Origin: Lama guanicoe
Lineage: Eukaryota
Length of the DNA: 64,000 nucleotides
Assembly (NCBI GenBank): GCA_013239625.1
Contig: MU054122.1
Coordinates: 274,773-338,772 of the forward strand
Direction of reading: 5' to 3'
In this document: positions 1 to 14,340 of the stretch, piece after piece
Position numbering within the stretch: the stretch's first letter is position 1
Layout of the letters: every line of letters begins with the position of its first letter
The notes under the pieces: generated by a model
What the model was told of the DNA's origin: nothing
The model's input: only the letters and a program-made list of their open reading frames with translations
Databases searched by the model: none
Made by a program: the position numbers and the translations under genes

Positions 1-3000
1 AGCTAGTTATAGGACACCAGAATATTTAACACATACGAAAGTAAAATTTATGGTATTTGGCATTCAATAAAAAAATCACCAGACATTCAAAGAAGCAGAA
101 AAATACAACTCAGATTGAGAAGAAAAAGATATCAGTACAAACAGATCAAAGAATTACACAGGTGATAGAAATAGTAGAAAGAGACACTGTAAGGTTTATA
201 AGTATATCCCACATTCTGAAGAAGATAGAGAAATAAACAAGCCTACTAAATATAGACATGGAAGGCATAAAAAGACACAAATAAAGCTTCTACAATGTTT
301 AAAATGAAAAACATACTGGACGGGATTAACACCAGATCAGACACTGTAAAAGAAAGTATTTGTAAAATTGAAGATGTAGAAACAGAAACTACCCAAAATG
401 AAAAACAGACCACAAAAACAAAAAGAAGAAGAAGAGGATTAATAGAGAATCAATGACCTGCAGAGCAAATTCAAGTGGCTTAGTTTATGTTAACTGAAAA
501 TTCTGAAAACTGGAGAGGAGACAGGAAAGAAAAACCTTTGAAAATAATGGCCCAAACTTTCCAAATTTGATGAAAGCCTTATGTCCACAGATTCAAAATG
601 CTCAAAAACCAAAAACAAAAAAAGTATAAAAAACTTGAAGAAAATTATATGAACACACATAATAATAAAAGTGCCTAAAACTAGTGACAGAAAGAAAAAA
701 TCAAAAGGAAACAGAGGGAAAAATAAATACATTATATACGTGAGAACAAAGGTAAAACTGGCAATAAACTTCTCATTGGAAACAATGCAAATCAGAAGAG
801 AGTGGAAAAACATCTTTAAAGTACCGAGAGAACATATACTATCAATTCAACAAAAAAAGAAATGTTTTTCATGAAAGTGAAATGAACATTTTTTCAAATA
901 TACAGAACAAAGTATTTATCATCGAGCCATCTAGCACTACAAGAAATATTAAGGGAAATCCTTCAGAGAAATTATACCCAGTGAAAATGCAGATCTAAAA
1001 ATATAAAAAGTACAGAAAATGGAAATATCTGGGTTAAGTATAAAAATTTTTAAGAAAAAAATTTATAAAGGTAATTGACAGTTGAAAGCAAAAAATGTAA
1101 TGAAGTATTGCTGGGTTTACCATATATGCAGAAGTGAAATGTGTGAAAGCAAATCTAAATGATATAAACACATGAAGTAAAAGGCAAATGTTTAGATTAA
1201 ATAAAAAAGCAAGACCCAACTATTTGCTATCTTTAAGAAAATCCCTTTAAATATAAAGAAATAAGTTCAAAGTAAAATGACATGCTAAAAGAGATATGCT
1301 AACATTATATTTAAAAAGTTGGAGTGGCTATAATAACATGAAAGTAAATGTCAGAGAAAATATTACTAGAGATAAAGAGGATAATTTCAGAATGATAATG
1401 AGGTCATTCGTCAAGAGAACATAACAATCCTAAACATTCAAGCACCTACTAACAGAGCTTCAAAATGCACAAAGCAAAAGTTGATAAAAGTGCAAGAAGA
1501 CATAATCAAATCCATAATTATAGTCAAGGATTTAACACTCTTCTCCCAATAACTGACAGGACAAATACACAGAAAATCGGGAAATATACAGACGCCTGAA
1601 ACAATAAAATTAATCAATTTGATCTAAGTGACATTAGAACAGTCCACTCAGCAACATCAGAATGCACATACTTCTCAAGCGCACACAGAACGCTTACCAA
1701 GAAAGACCATATTCTGGGCCATAAAAATAAAAGTCTCAATAAATTCAGGTGGATTAAAATCATACAAAGCATGTCCATTGACCACACTGAAATTTAAAGT
1801 AATCTACAATAATATATCTGGTTAATTCAGAAATATCTGAAACTAAATTACATGCTTCTAAATAAACTTTGGTACAAAGGAAAAATTACCCAGGACTGGG
1901 GGACTGAGGGGAAATTGGGAGTAACTGCTAATAGGTGTAGGGTTTTTTTTTGTGTGTGTGGGGGGAGGGGAGTGATGAACATTTTAAAATATTGGTTATA
2001 GTAATGTGTATACAACTCTGTGAATATACTCAAAGCCATTGAATTATACACTTTAAATAGGTAAACTGTGTGGTATATGAATTTATCTCAATAAAGGTTT
2101 TTTTAAAGGGGGAAAAAAGTCAGAAGGTATTTTAAACTGCATGAAGAACATAACATGACATATCAAAATTTGTGGAAAGCAGCTAAAGTATTTGGAGGGA
2201 AATCTATAGCACTAAACTCCCATGTTAAAAACAAAAATAGGTCTCATATTAATTACCTTAAGCAACTATAAAAACAAAAGTCATGAAATCCAATTACTCT
2301 TACTTCACACTGTAAATAGACACACAAAATTAACTCAAAAGTGTCTCGTAAGACTAAATATAAGAGTCAAAGTATAAACCTAGAAGAAAACATTGGAGAA
2401 AATCTTAGTGACCTTGGATTTGGCAAAGATTTCTTAAATTTGAAACAAAAGTACAAACTACAAAATTGAAAAGTTCAATAAATTAGATTTTAGTGAAATT
2501 TAAAAATTGTTAGAAAAATGTCGTACTTTTGACAAAAGATTTGTATCTAGAATATACAAAATTCTCTTATAGCTCCATAATAAAGCAATCCAATCAAAAA
2601 TGGTCAAAATATTTGAATGGACACTTTACCAAAGAAGATAGATAGGAAGCAAATAAACACATGAAAAGATAATCGTAAGGGAAATCAAAATTAAAATCAT
2701 GAGAAACAAGCATACATCCAAAAGAATGCCTAAAATTAAAAAACACTGCCCATACAAAATTTTATCAAAGATGTGCGTTAACAACTTGTATAGACTACTG
2801 ATAGAAAACATGAAATGTTACAACTTTGGAAAACAGTTTGGTAGTTTTAAACAGTATGAGACATACATTGACCAGGTGACCCAGCCATTCCAACCCTAGA
2901 TACTGGCCCCAAAGAAATGAAAATATATGTCCACACAAATACTTCGTATGAATGTCCATGGTAGTTGTATTTGTAATAGCCAAATACTGGAGAAAATTGA

Positions 3001-3190
3001 AATGTACATCAGTGGGTAAAGGGGTCAAAATTGTGGTACATCCATATCAGTAAGTAGAGGAATAAACTATTGACACAAAAACAGTATGAGTGAATCCTAG
3101 TATTACCATGTTGAGTGAAAGAAGCATAAGAAAACATTTTGGGATAATGGGTATGTATATTATCTTGAGTGTGAGGATGCCTTCATGGGT
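1..3190 (+). mobile_element. Old, internally deleted LINE-1 (ORF1/ORF2/3' remnants) with a nested L1MB/MC-type 3' end at about 1885-2100
   Basis: A-rich strand with recognisable degraded L1 motifs (gcttcaaaatgcacaaagcaaaa; aaacctagaagaaaacattggagaaaatctt; ggaaaacagtttggtag); no intact ORF. Confidence 0.85.
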
Positions 3191-4202
3191 GAACACATGG
3201 GCTTAGGGTCAGACAGACAGGAGAATGAATACTAACTCTACTCTTATAATTTAACCTTACAAAAGTTACCTATTTGAGTCTCTTCTATATTTCTTATGTG
3301 AGGATAAGAACATAAATGTCAAAGGTTTGCTTTATTAAACATGGTATCATACATAAAATACCCAGCATAGTACTTGGCACGATGTAAATGTTCATTTTCA
3401 CATATGTATTTTCTTCTCCTAGTCATTTGTGCAGGTCTCCCCTTCTGTAAAACATACCTCCTTAGCTCTGTTATTTTTCTACCAAAGGATATCTGTACTC
3501 TTCCTCTTGGAACAAAACAGAAAATGTGTTTTGATACCGTTTGAGAACTTTTACTGTTTGATTCCATTGAAATTGGCTGGATGATTCTTGCCTCTGTTCC
3601 TTGTAGTGCTTTACTCAGCTTTTGTGATAACGATTAGAACAGCACATCACAGTTCACAATACACACATCTGTGTCCCCCTGCAGAACTTAGTATCTCATG
3701 TCCCTCTCACAGAGCCTGCGAAAGGCTCATGAAGTCACTGCTCAATCATTAAAAACAAATCAATTGAATGAGGGGCCCCAGAGGCAAGACAACAGATAAG
3801 AATAACTGAGTATTGTAACTATTCCCACTCGTAAAGCAAATCCTGTCAGTGGGAGAGGAAAAGGCTTGGGCGTGAGGCAGAAAGTGACTAGAACTTAAAG
3901 AGTGACTTTAAAATGTAGATAAAAGAGGAAAAGAACTGGCCTTAATCTAACCACCACGTCAGCACAGCTCAAGACACAAATGAATGCAATTAGGCACACA
4001 AAGAGACAGAATTCATTCCTAAATAAACAAGGGTTTCTTGTTTAAGAGATCACCCACAATTTTCTTAAATGCACCCTTTAAGACATGAAGAAAGGTGAGA
4101 AAGATATTACTGACAATAAAACGATCTGATGGAGAAAGAACTCCAGTGAATATTGGCAATTCAGCTGTTCTCTCCAGAAAGGGTCTTCGAGACAGCCTGC
4201 CT

Positions 4203-4208
4203 TTTATT
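4203..4208 (-). promoter_or_regulatory. Candidate ST8SIA6 polyadenylation signal AATAAA (a second lies at 3331-3336)
   Basis: tttatt on the plus strand about 340 nt past the stop codon; usage cannot be shown from sequence. Confidence 0.35.
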
Positions 4209-4544
4209 ATGTCTGGTGAGGGTGGAAATGGCTATTACAAATATCAACAAGGCAATAGTCATTGTGTTCCTACCTAATGCCAAATACTTGCCAAGAGTGT
4301 TCAAAGATTATCACATTTCCCTAATATCAGTTAGATATCATGGTCCCCATCTTACAGGAAGAAAAGCTGATGATTAGAACAATTAAATGAGATGCTGAGG
4401 TTGCAAACATAGCAGGGAGCTTTGATCCAACCAAATTTCAGGACTTTTCCTATTATTCCCTATAATCACATCTTTTGGTGTTTGGAACATTGATACTCAC
4501 CTACTGCATTATATAAAAATTATTCCGACTTTAAGACCTTCTGC

Positions 4545-5013
4545 TTAGGCTACTTCACATTTGCTAAACTGCAATTTGAGGATTCCTTTCACGTGGAGCT
4601 GGAGAATTTGGCTATACTCTTTGGGCATCTCATGGAAACCGCGTTTAGGTAAATGGTTGTCGTAGTAGTGGTGGCTGACAGATGTGTTCTCTGCAGTTTT
4701 AGAGAAGGGCCAAAAGCCATACAGCTTCACGCTCTCACACAGTTCAACCGCCACACTTGTGATCATCAAGCCGGAGGACAGGCGATACTCGGTCACACCT
4801 TTAGTCCTCCAGAAAAGGGCTAGGTTTTTCAGGTACTTGGGATGAAAAAATAAAACTTTTTGTCTTGCTTTAGACTCCTTCAGTGTGCTGTACACTTTAA
4901 AAGAGGCCCCGGTGTTGGCCCTGAAGGAGAATGCCGGTAGAAGGACGAATGCATCTCCATAGGTGGCCATGTCCTCCAGAAACATTGCCTTCTTTTCCTT
5001 TAAGTTCCCATAT
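4545..5013 (-). CDS. ST8SIA6: ST8SIA6 last coding exon (human exon 8 equivalent)
   Basis: Acceptor ttggcag|A TAT GGG; encodes YGNLKEKKAMFLED..., sialylmotif S (LSSGLMITSVAVELCESVKLYGFWPF), motif III (HHYYD), VS (HEMPKE) and ...KLQFSKCEVA; TAA at 4545-4547. Closely matches recalled human ST8SIA6 C-terminus. Confidence 0.97.
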
Positions 5014-6167
5014 CTGCCAAATTTTTAAAAAACCATAATTTTAACAATAATACTCAAATGAGCAGGTTTGGTGACATGAGGCTGAATTCACCACTGGCCA
5101 AAAAGCAGAACCATTTATATCACTGAGATAAACTGGAGACTCAGAGAAGACACGTTAAGCAAGCATCATGTGCATATCGGGGCTGGTCTTTCTCTCTCTC
5201 GGCACATCTATGCTTCCTACTTTCTTATGAGGCAATGCTTTCACTCAGCATGCATTGTTTTACATTATTTTATCTTCCAACTCACGTCATGTTTTCCTAG
5301 GGTTACTTTTTGATGCTGAAACACCTTCCAAATTTATAATGCTGAACTGTTTTCTCAAACATAAGACAATATTTAAATATCTATACATTTTTAAGAATTC
5401 ATTGAGCTGTAAACTTATACAAATGTTATTATAAAATAACAGTTTCATTTAGAAAACCTAAAATGTCTACATGCGTACACACACACATTTAAAATTTCCT
5501 CCACAGATTGTGATGTCTGATTTAAATAATACCTCAGTAAATATCTTGTTTGTGATTATGTGTGTTTAGAAAATAAACACTGGGGAGATGGGAACAATAT
5601 TTTATATTCTCTTAAGACATACTAGAACTATTTGAGGGGTGCATACTATTAATAACAATTATTAGTCACTTTTGATGAAAACTGTAGAATAAAACTATGA
5701 ATGGGATTTTTATTAAACAGCTGACATTTTGTAGTAGTTACAGTGCGGAAAAGAAAATATGGAAATTATCCTTCAGAGATAAACTACCCAAACCGAAAAC
5801 TTGATTTTTGCCAGGTTCTCCTAAGGCTTACTCTCCAAAGCTTCTAAATAGACTAAGTTTTCTTCAAGAAAGTGCTATCAAGATAAAAGTATAGCAGTAA
5901 AATTCTGAAAGAACACTGAAAAAAGGAACTTTGCTTTTAAAAAAAGATGAGGAGGTAAAATAAGTTCTCATTTGATTAGCAACTATGACATTGGAAGTCA
6001 TACTTCTTATGAGCCAACACCTAAATTACCAATAATATATTCTTACATATTTCCCCCAAAGCCATTCCATCTGTACTGGGAGTCACTCTCAGCACCAAGA
6101 TTAATGCTCAGACTAAGAGTTAATGAAAAAACGTTCTTGAACAGAAATGTAATTTGGAGGTACTTAC

Positions 6168-6260
6168 CTTAGTCGTATGATACTAGGATTTAAAGTTACC
6201 AGGTTGGTTTTACTGCCAACATCTTTGCTAACATTCCCTGTGGTTGGGGGGATGTTACAC
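6168..6260 (-). CDS. ST8SIA6: ST8SIA6 internal exon, 93 bp (exon 7 equivalent)
   Basis: ttccag|G TGT AAC ATC...CTA AG|gtaagt; encodes CNIPPTTGNVSKDVGSKTNLVTLNPSIIRL (second half of sialylmotif L); phases fit both neighbours. Confidence 0.96.
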
Positions 6261-8456
6261 CTGGAATTTGAAAGAAAAACTATTTTCAAAATATAACTTC
6301 TAAAAAAAAAGTACATACACACACATTCACACATATACATGAGATCATTCTCATTGGAGAAAAATCATTGCTCTTAAGAGATCTCAGAATTCATCTGATT
6401 TTCATTTAAAACCATTTAATAAGTACTGAACTTTTGGTTGGCATTTCAACATTGCATGAAATGTATGAATTTGAAAAAAGGCTTTCAATTTTGATTAAGA
6501 TCTTTATAAGTAACAAAGCAAGAAATGACAATTACACCTTGTGTAGCTTTTGAAGAATTCATGATCCTTTTATTAAAATTATTTATATTAATTATAGTCC
6601 CACAATAGTATGATCACCAATTTACAGATATTTAAAAATGGAGGCATTGTGACTAAGGGTTATAGAGTCTGCCAGAAGCAAAGGCTATACAAAAAAAACC
6701 ACAAAAAACAAAAAACAAAATTTCCTGATTCCCATATGGACTTTCCCACCAAATCATGCTGTTAATAAATAAAACCCTAATGGTTCTTATAATGATGTTT
6801 TCCTACTGATGTTCTCATCTCCTTTTGAGTGCTAATTTGTTTTTAAATTGGAAAACAAATTGAGAATTATAATTTGGGGCTAAATTCATTCCTTCCACCA
6901 AAAAAAAAAAAAAAAAAGGAGGCGGGGGGAGTTGGTTATGATCCCAAAGTATCATTTACAGAATTTCAAGTAGACCATTTCCTTAAAGCTGCCCATATAA
7001 AGGGAGCATCAGTGAGGAAGGCTATTTAAACCTGAGGTGTTCTGTAATGTGACTGAAGCAGAAAGATTCTATTCTATGCGATATAAAACATACAGATAAT
7101 GAGACATGGACTTCTCTCACTGATTTAAAAAATACATCAGAACATGGTTAAATGTGGCACCTTGGGGAAAATCTTCGATAATAGGCCACAGAAATGTCTT
7201 TATCAGTGGGCTTCCTATAACAAATCCACCTTCTAGAACAGTCTCACGTTCTTTTGAAGACTCAAAGGTGATTTTCCCAATAGTATCAGATGCGGCTCCT
7301 AGGGGAACTGTTAGGTGCCGTACACACACAGTACAGCAAAGCCATGCATCACCAATTCCCATTTCTTACACACGCAGCTGACAGCTCTCGACCTTTTGAA
7401 ATGGAAAATTTTAAAGAAAGTAGTCTCCAGATGGGCTTATAAACTACGAAATACATGCATGGCCAAAGTAAATCTGGCCTTAAAAAAGTAAATAGATTTT
7501 AATGCCACCAAACACATCTAGCCTTCATTTGGCCTTTCAGGTTGGAAGGTCAACATCAAAAGGAACTCTGTATTCAGAAAAATTCCTGGCATCAGCAAAT
7601 GTAGAATCTGGAAATACATGTGCTTGTTTTAGAGGTATAAATTAAGTAGCTGTTCAGGGCTTTTTTTTTTTTTTTCCTCTCCCCTGATTGTTAAATCTAA
7701 CAAAAACCTTGTATTTTCCTGTATTTGCTATAAAGTAAAATGGATGTTTAGACATAACACTCACCACAGATGTTTTGGGAATTTTTCAGTCTATAAAATG
7801 TCTATTACAAGAAGAATTATTTATCATCATTATGGCTTTTTCATACTGAGTACTTTAACAGAATGGCTAAATCACGCAGGTACTGGCCACTTTCACATTA
7901 ATCACAAGGAACATATTCAATAATGATTGGACTGCCAGGTCTGTGGTTCTGCCATTCCCTTCAGCACAAAATTCTAAATGAGATTAAAGTCGGGGGAGCT
8001 ACTGATTCAAAATTATAATTCTTTTTCATGTGCTAAAAAGGGCAGCATTAAATCGATAAGGATCAAAGGATTTCTTCTGATGTATGCAGTCAGTGCTTCC
8101 CAAATAGGAAGAAACAAATTTTGACTTACTTTATAAAAAAGGTGCATTTCAACTGAAATCCACCCTCACAGGGATGAGTCACCTGTCCATATATTCTGAA
8201 AGTGGAGATGCTCTATCCCTTGCTTTGTTAGTACAGACACACACGGAAACCATTTTTTGTTACTGTTTCTGCAAGCTTGCTTGAACTGAGATATAAACAT
8301 GTAACAAGACCAGAATTTAGAAGCTGCACAATTTTTAAAAAATATTTCAAGCCAGAAACCTAAATAAACGATGATATTGTGTGGCTGTAAAATGCCTAGG
8401 TCAACATGCTCCAAGTATTATCTGAGAACAAAACTTACTTGAAATGCTCTGTTTAA

Positions 8457-8582
8457 AAAGAAAGAGATAGAAAGAAAGAAAGAAAGAAAGAAAGGAAGGA
8501 AGGAAGGAAGGAAGGAAGGAAGGAAGGAAAGAAAGGAAAGAAAGAAGGAAGGAAGGAAGGAAAGAAAGGAAAGAAAGAAAGG
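8457..8582 (+). repeat. Compound (GAAA)n/(GGAA)n polypurine microsatellite
   Basis: About 125 bp nearly pure purine tract, seen directly. Confidence 0.95.
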
Positions 8583-8873
8583 TATCCTTAATACACTGGA
8601 GGCTCTGACAAGTCTGGCAGTGAAGATCCTCTTTCACCATGATTTCAAGCAGGGTTTCTGGAAATTGACTGTGGCACATTTTTATTACCCTTCTGATATC
8701 AACATTCAGAGGAACTCATGATCCACTTAATATTTCAAGAAACACACTAGATCAGCTGTAGCCTTAAGCATCACAGCTCAAAGGTCAAAATGGACATGGA
8801 GTGTCTTTACCCTATTCCTTTCAAATATCCAACTCATCTGGGATTTCAAAGAAACCCATTTGACAGATCTTAC

Positions 8874-8986
8874 CTAAACACGAAGTCAGATTTATCTATT
8901 TCAGCTCCGCAGAGAGACTGATTCAGAATTCCTCCATTTCCGACCACTGCGCACTGATTGTAGGGGTACTCCACAAAAGGCTGAGA
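8874..8986 (-). CDS. ST8SIA6: ST8SIA6 internal exon, 113 bp (exon 6 equivalent)
   Basis: cctgatag|TCT CAG CCT...TTT AG|gtaaga; encodes SQPFVEYPYNQCAVVGNGGILNQSLCGAEIDKSDFVF(R), the first half of sialylmotif L. Confidence 0.96.
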
Positions 8987-11900
8987 CTATCAGGAGAAAG
9001 TGAAAAACTGCCATGAGATGGCTTTAGTTTTAGGACCATAAAAAGCAGCAGCTTAATTCAAGCAGCTTAATTATTACACCTGCTAAGGAACAACAAAGAA
9101 CAAGAAAGAGGGGCAGAAGTAGCGACACCACTGTACACTGATCAACTTATGACTAAAAGTTCCTAAAAAATCCTGCAAACCTACATTTCATTTCTCTTGC
9201 AAGAAGTATACAGCATATCACCCACAATATAATGTAATAATAAAAATATATTTGTTTATAAGATGTAATTTGACACATCTGACATCACATACTTAAGTAA
9301 ATAAAACGAGAATGGCAAAATCTCACATGGTATCTTTCTGACAGACAGGACCATTTTCAGCAAAAAAACAATAACAACAAAAAAACCCCCAGAAAATAAA
9401 GCAATTAGAAAGGAGCATTAAATTCTCTACTCTCGGCCATAAAATTAATAGCTAATTTAGTGAAAGCTCGTTGTCTTTCTTAAATAGTTGGACCTTCAGG
9501 CTGGGTGATGACAGGGGATTTATGCCTGTCATCTCCACAAATGACCAGACACGGTGCTTCAGGGAGATCTAGTAACTCTGTGCTGATTTATTTCAAGTTC
9601 ATCTCCAAGGCCGGAATCATTTTTGTTTCCTCCAAGGACCCAACTGGCTGACCCCAAAAGACTTCCCACTTTTACCAAATCCTCCCCAGCCTGAAACACA
9701 ACTGCTCAGTTTGACAGTGCACTTTGCCTTTGTGGGTCACTTTTCCAGAAATAATGATGTGACCTTAACCAGAAGGAAGAGGCCCAGCTCAGACGTCCAC
9801 AATGAACAGGTCCTGATTCACCTACCTGGTCTCTAAATTCAAATGTTGGTCCTCAAGGGCACAGAGTGTGTCTATTACTTTTAATTTTCTCTTCCCTTTT
9901 CCTACAGACCTAGCCCTTTCCTACAGAAGGATGTCACTTCTCAATGATGTCTGCTGGCCCAGTGGCCACGTTGGTGCAACCCCAATGCTGTGCTGGAACC
10001 CAGTGGTACCAGCTTATGGGAGCCACCCAGTACATATTCAGAATTCTGTCATCTGGTTGTTAAACCACTAGTAAACTACAGTCTGCCACAGTGTGGGTAT
10101 TTACAGTGCTATTCAACAGGGCATGCACCTACCTGCCCAGTGTACCAGCCTCACTGGCAACACCCCAGAAACAGTGTGGCTCTGAGCTGCCCATGAGATC
10201 CTACCTCACTCTAAGCATATGGTAACTCTACTTTAGGATGTAGAGGTTTGTCCCTAAAAGATGAAAAATCGTGTGCTTCTCGTGTGAGAGGCATTTTTTT
10301 CCAAGTGGTTAACTTACCAATACATGGAATCCATACAACAACCTGGTGAGCATTTTACAGACAGGATGATGGAAAGTGACAGAGCTGAGATTCAAACCCC
10401 GGCAGTCTGTTTCAGGGTCCATGGTCTTAACCAACTACACATCACACAACTGCACTTGTTCGGGGGTGAAGTGTTAATTTAAGTGTGTGCTGTATTTCCC
10501 TGTATAGCTGCAATGCCCAGCAAAGTGCCTGGCTCTTAAATAAATGGTTCCCAGACACCTCAGGCTATGTCAAGTCACTGAAGTTCAAGCTCAAGACGTC
10601 TTCAGTGTTTACTAAACAGGATCACTGTACATGCTGAATTTTATGGATAAGGCAGGCTGCAAATAGGCTCTTTATGGTACAACAGAAAAGACTATTGAGG
10701 GAAACATCTCCAATTAAACACTCAGAATAATGAATGTTTTCTCTGGTTTCCTGGTCAACTCAGAGAACAAAAAATCCATATGTTTCGGGATCTCACATTC
10801 AGGAAGAGTTTAAATGAGAATTTCAATGTTCCTTAAAATAAACTGCCTAAGAAAACGTGAATCTGTGCAATTCAGCTGCCTTGCTGGTCACTCACTCTGG
10901 TTGAAAGCCAACCTTGTGTTTTTTTTTCAAGTAACTTTGTGACGTTTTTGGAGGAAGTGACTCCACAACACTTAATCAGAAGTATCTATTTTGATCTGCT
11001 CTCTGTGAGCCCCGCAGTGTGGAACAGGGTGGGGGGTGCAGGAAGCGAGGTGGGAAAGAGGTCAGATGCTGTGTCCATGGGGAGGGATATTGAAGCAACA
11101 TAAAACTGACCTCCCTTTGCGATCTTTATTGCACTGACTTCAGAATTTCCTCCCCCCAGTTTTTAAACATTAGTATCAATTTGGAAAATGGATGCTGTTG
11201 TTAACTGCAGCCAGAATTACTGAGCCTATGTTGTTATTCTTCTCAAAGTGTCAATTAGAAGCAAAAATACCTGCCACTCCTCTGTCCTGGCCAGCCTAAA
11301 GCAAGGAAAACACTAGCAAAAACTGCCAAGAGTTGCTTTCTGTGGAACTCCCCAAGGCCCTCCCTGACGGACAACATAAATATTCTTTAGTTAATATCTT
11401 TCCAACTACTGGTAATTTCAGTGCATCACGAGAGGAGTTTTAGAATGCTGTAGGAGTTACCTTTTTCCTCCCAGAAAGTTTGCAATATTTTTCTCTAACA
11501 TTTTATATTGATTTTCCATTCATTCTCAGCAAATCATACTTCCTTTGAACTGTTATATTTTTTAAAAAAAATTGGAACAACTTACATGACAGTAAAATAG
11601 TTGAAAGAAGTCCCAAAGGTCCAACAAAATAGAATTAATTGCAAGAACTGAATATTCTACAGTTGGTAAACTGCAGATATAAAATGATCCCATTTTGACC
11701 AGACTGTCTTGGCCTCACTGCTCTTAATCATATCATTAAAAGATGCCTGAGAGTGTAGTTTATAAGCAGTAGGATATCCTTCATGAGAATAATTTCCCCC
11801 AAGATTTGGATTTATATTGTAACAGTACTCATTACAATATAATCAATGCTCACTAGTTTAATTAACAACTAGGTAATGGATGTATACATGCACTGAGGAA

Positions 11901-12401
11901 TGTCCTAGGAGCTTGAGTCACATCAGGGAACATACTAGGTAAAAATCCCTGGCTTGTTAAGATTATGTTTACTGACCACAAATTCTTATGTATTCGCTTC
12001 CCAAAGATTAGCCACATAAACCTACAGTTCTTCGTGAAGGAACTGATTCAGTCACCAAAGCTGACAACTGGAAGACTCTTATTCCAGGTGAAAAAAGTGG
12101 TCAACTTCCCATACCCTAGTAATTACTGTGTAGAAAGTCCAAGTAACTCGTCTCACTCAAGGATGAGCCATCAAGACACAAGGGCTCCAAGAGCTTATGT
12201 AAATACCATCCCCTGCAGCACCACAAGCGTTCAAAGCTGCCCTGTGAAAATGGACCACCATACAGATGTTAGACAACAGAACAACGGAGGGCAGCACTTT
12301 AACTCATCAGCTCCTCCATTGTTATGCTGGGACTTAATCTGACAGAACGCTCACCTGGAAAGGTGACACAAATAAAACAAAACACACAAATCTTCACTCA
12401 C

Positions 12402-12546
12402 CACTGGCAACATAGCAAAAATGTTCTCTCTGATTTGGATTTCGCTTTTACTTTCCACCTCGTAACTCATGTTAGTCCCAACTGGAGTGTTATTTTGAGA
12501 AACAATGAAGTTTTGAATGGCATCACAACAGGAAGCAAGTTTGGCT
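12402..12546 (-). CDS. ST8SIA6: ST8SIA6 internal exon, 145 bp (exon 5 equivalent)
   Basis: ctttgcag|A GCC AAA...CCA GTG|gtgagt; encodes AKLASCCDAIQNFIVSQNNTPVGTNMSYEVESKSEIQIRENIFAMLPV. Confidence 0.96.
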
Positions 12547-12984
12547 CTGCAAAGGATAAGGATAAGAGTGAGTCAGGAATAAGATTAAGAAGCCAAAAAT
12601 AGAGACTACAATGGAAAAATGCAGAGGACGATTTTGCCATATTGAATTTCAGAAAGAAGACTAAGTCATTCACAGAGATGACATTTTTATCTCATGCCAT
12701 TCTAACTGGCCCTGGATGGTGAAATGGTGACGTGGTCAGAAAAAAACAGCAAAGAACATAAACATACTTATATTCAGGTAGGGACCATCTCCCTAACAGG
12801 AAATACGTATTATACAATGGTTTAAATATAAAAACTTCTTTCTAACAACAAAAAGAAAATGACAGAATACCTTATAATTATTTCAATAAAAAGTACAGGA
12901 ACTCAAGAGCAAATCATCACCAAAGTGATATGTAATCATTTATTATGATTCAATGAAAAAAAAAGAACCATTCAATACAGTGAT

Positions 12985-13222
12985 TTTTTTTTTGAGCTTC
13001 ACTTAAGTATAATTCACAAATACAAATTGTTTATATTCAGGTGTAAACTTCATATTTTGATATGCATACAGTGATCACCATTATCAAGCTAATAAACATC
13101 CATCACCTTACATGGTTATCTTTTTCCTTCTTTCTTTGTGGTAAGAATACTTAAGATTTACCCTGTCAGCAAATTTTAAGTATACAATACAGTAATGCTA
13201 ACCATAATCACAGTGCTGTACA
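12985..13222 (-). mobile_element. L1MA-type 3' end fragment with TSD
   Basis: Poly-T then typical L1MA 3'UTR text; flanked by tcaatacagt(g/a)a direct repeats. Confidence 0.75.
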
Positions 13223-13329
13223 TCAATACAGTAAATTTTTAAGTGATGTTAATATAAGCTGCCCTTCCTTACAGAAAGCCCAGAAAAACATAACTTGGTA
13301 TCAACCTGTATTTCAAAACCATTACATTA

Positions 13330-13930
13330 TTGTTAGAATGCAGATCCACAAAGGTCCTTCCAGGGATCATCTAAGTTTGCCCCCAGCCTCTGGCAGGGGA
13401 ATCTAGAACCACTCAGAATTTATATTATGCTTATGTAATTCTCCAGGGATGGAGATTCCACTGCATCTCTTGATAACTATTCTAGAATTTAATCCATCTT
13501 AAAGTCAAGAGACTCTGTCATTTACACAACTGAATTCTCTTAACTTAAACCCATTTCCCTGATCGGCTCTTCCTAGAATCTCTCCATACAAATACGTCAC
13601 GTAATTCAAAGCGGTAACAAATCAAGCAAAACTCGAACCTTTTCAATCTTGAAAGAATTTAGAAAGAATTTCCTATTCTCTTACTTCAGATTTTCCTAAG
13701 ATCAGCTTTTCATTTATTTAAGTCACCTTGCCCCTCTGTAAACATTTAGTTCTTTCGCCATTTCACTTAAAAATATGTATGAAAGGTGGGTCCCATCACA
13801 GTACAAGGAATGGTGAACAGTCAGCGAGCAGAGCTGACCGCGGTCAGGACTGACACCCGGTCAGATTCACCAGTGCTCCTTCCCCAGCCCACACCGTTTA
13901 TTGTTTTTTTGGTATACTTTGTATACGTTC
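13330..13930 (-). mobile_element. Ancient CR1/L3 LINE 3' fragment
   Basis: ctccagggatggagattccactgcatctct...ttaaacccatttcc resembles the recalled L3/CR1 3' consensus. Confidence 0.55.
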
Positions 13931-14340
13931 CTACCGAATTTGGTTCTGCTGAAAGAATACAGTGCTCTAATCTGTCATGGTTGTTTCCAATTCTGTTCCA
14001 GTCTTCTTGAATTCCAATAATCCTCAGGGTATGAAAAGCCAGTGTTGTGATATTATTTGTACCCTAAAATCAAGATTTTTCCAAATGACTTATTACCAGC
14101 CAGCGTATACTATAGCTTATACTTAAAATAGTACCTTCTTAATTGAATCCTATCACCTGCTTATTATCCCACTTTGTATTACACAACCTCCATTTCTAAA
14201 AGATAGTTCATGAAGATTAACAAAAAAATTGAAAATTAAATGACGTGTAGTCAGAAACATGATATTTTTCATTATAAATTTAATTTCATAACAATTCATG
14301 TGATTTATTGCAAACTCAGAAATCCTCATGTGTTAATAAT

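Noticed and set aside
7117..7381. Overlapping 81-aa and 75-aa ORFs and a possible cryptic acceptor near 7392
   Set aside because: No recognisable homology; splicing from the upstream exon would hit a stop within about 27 codons and not use this frame.
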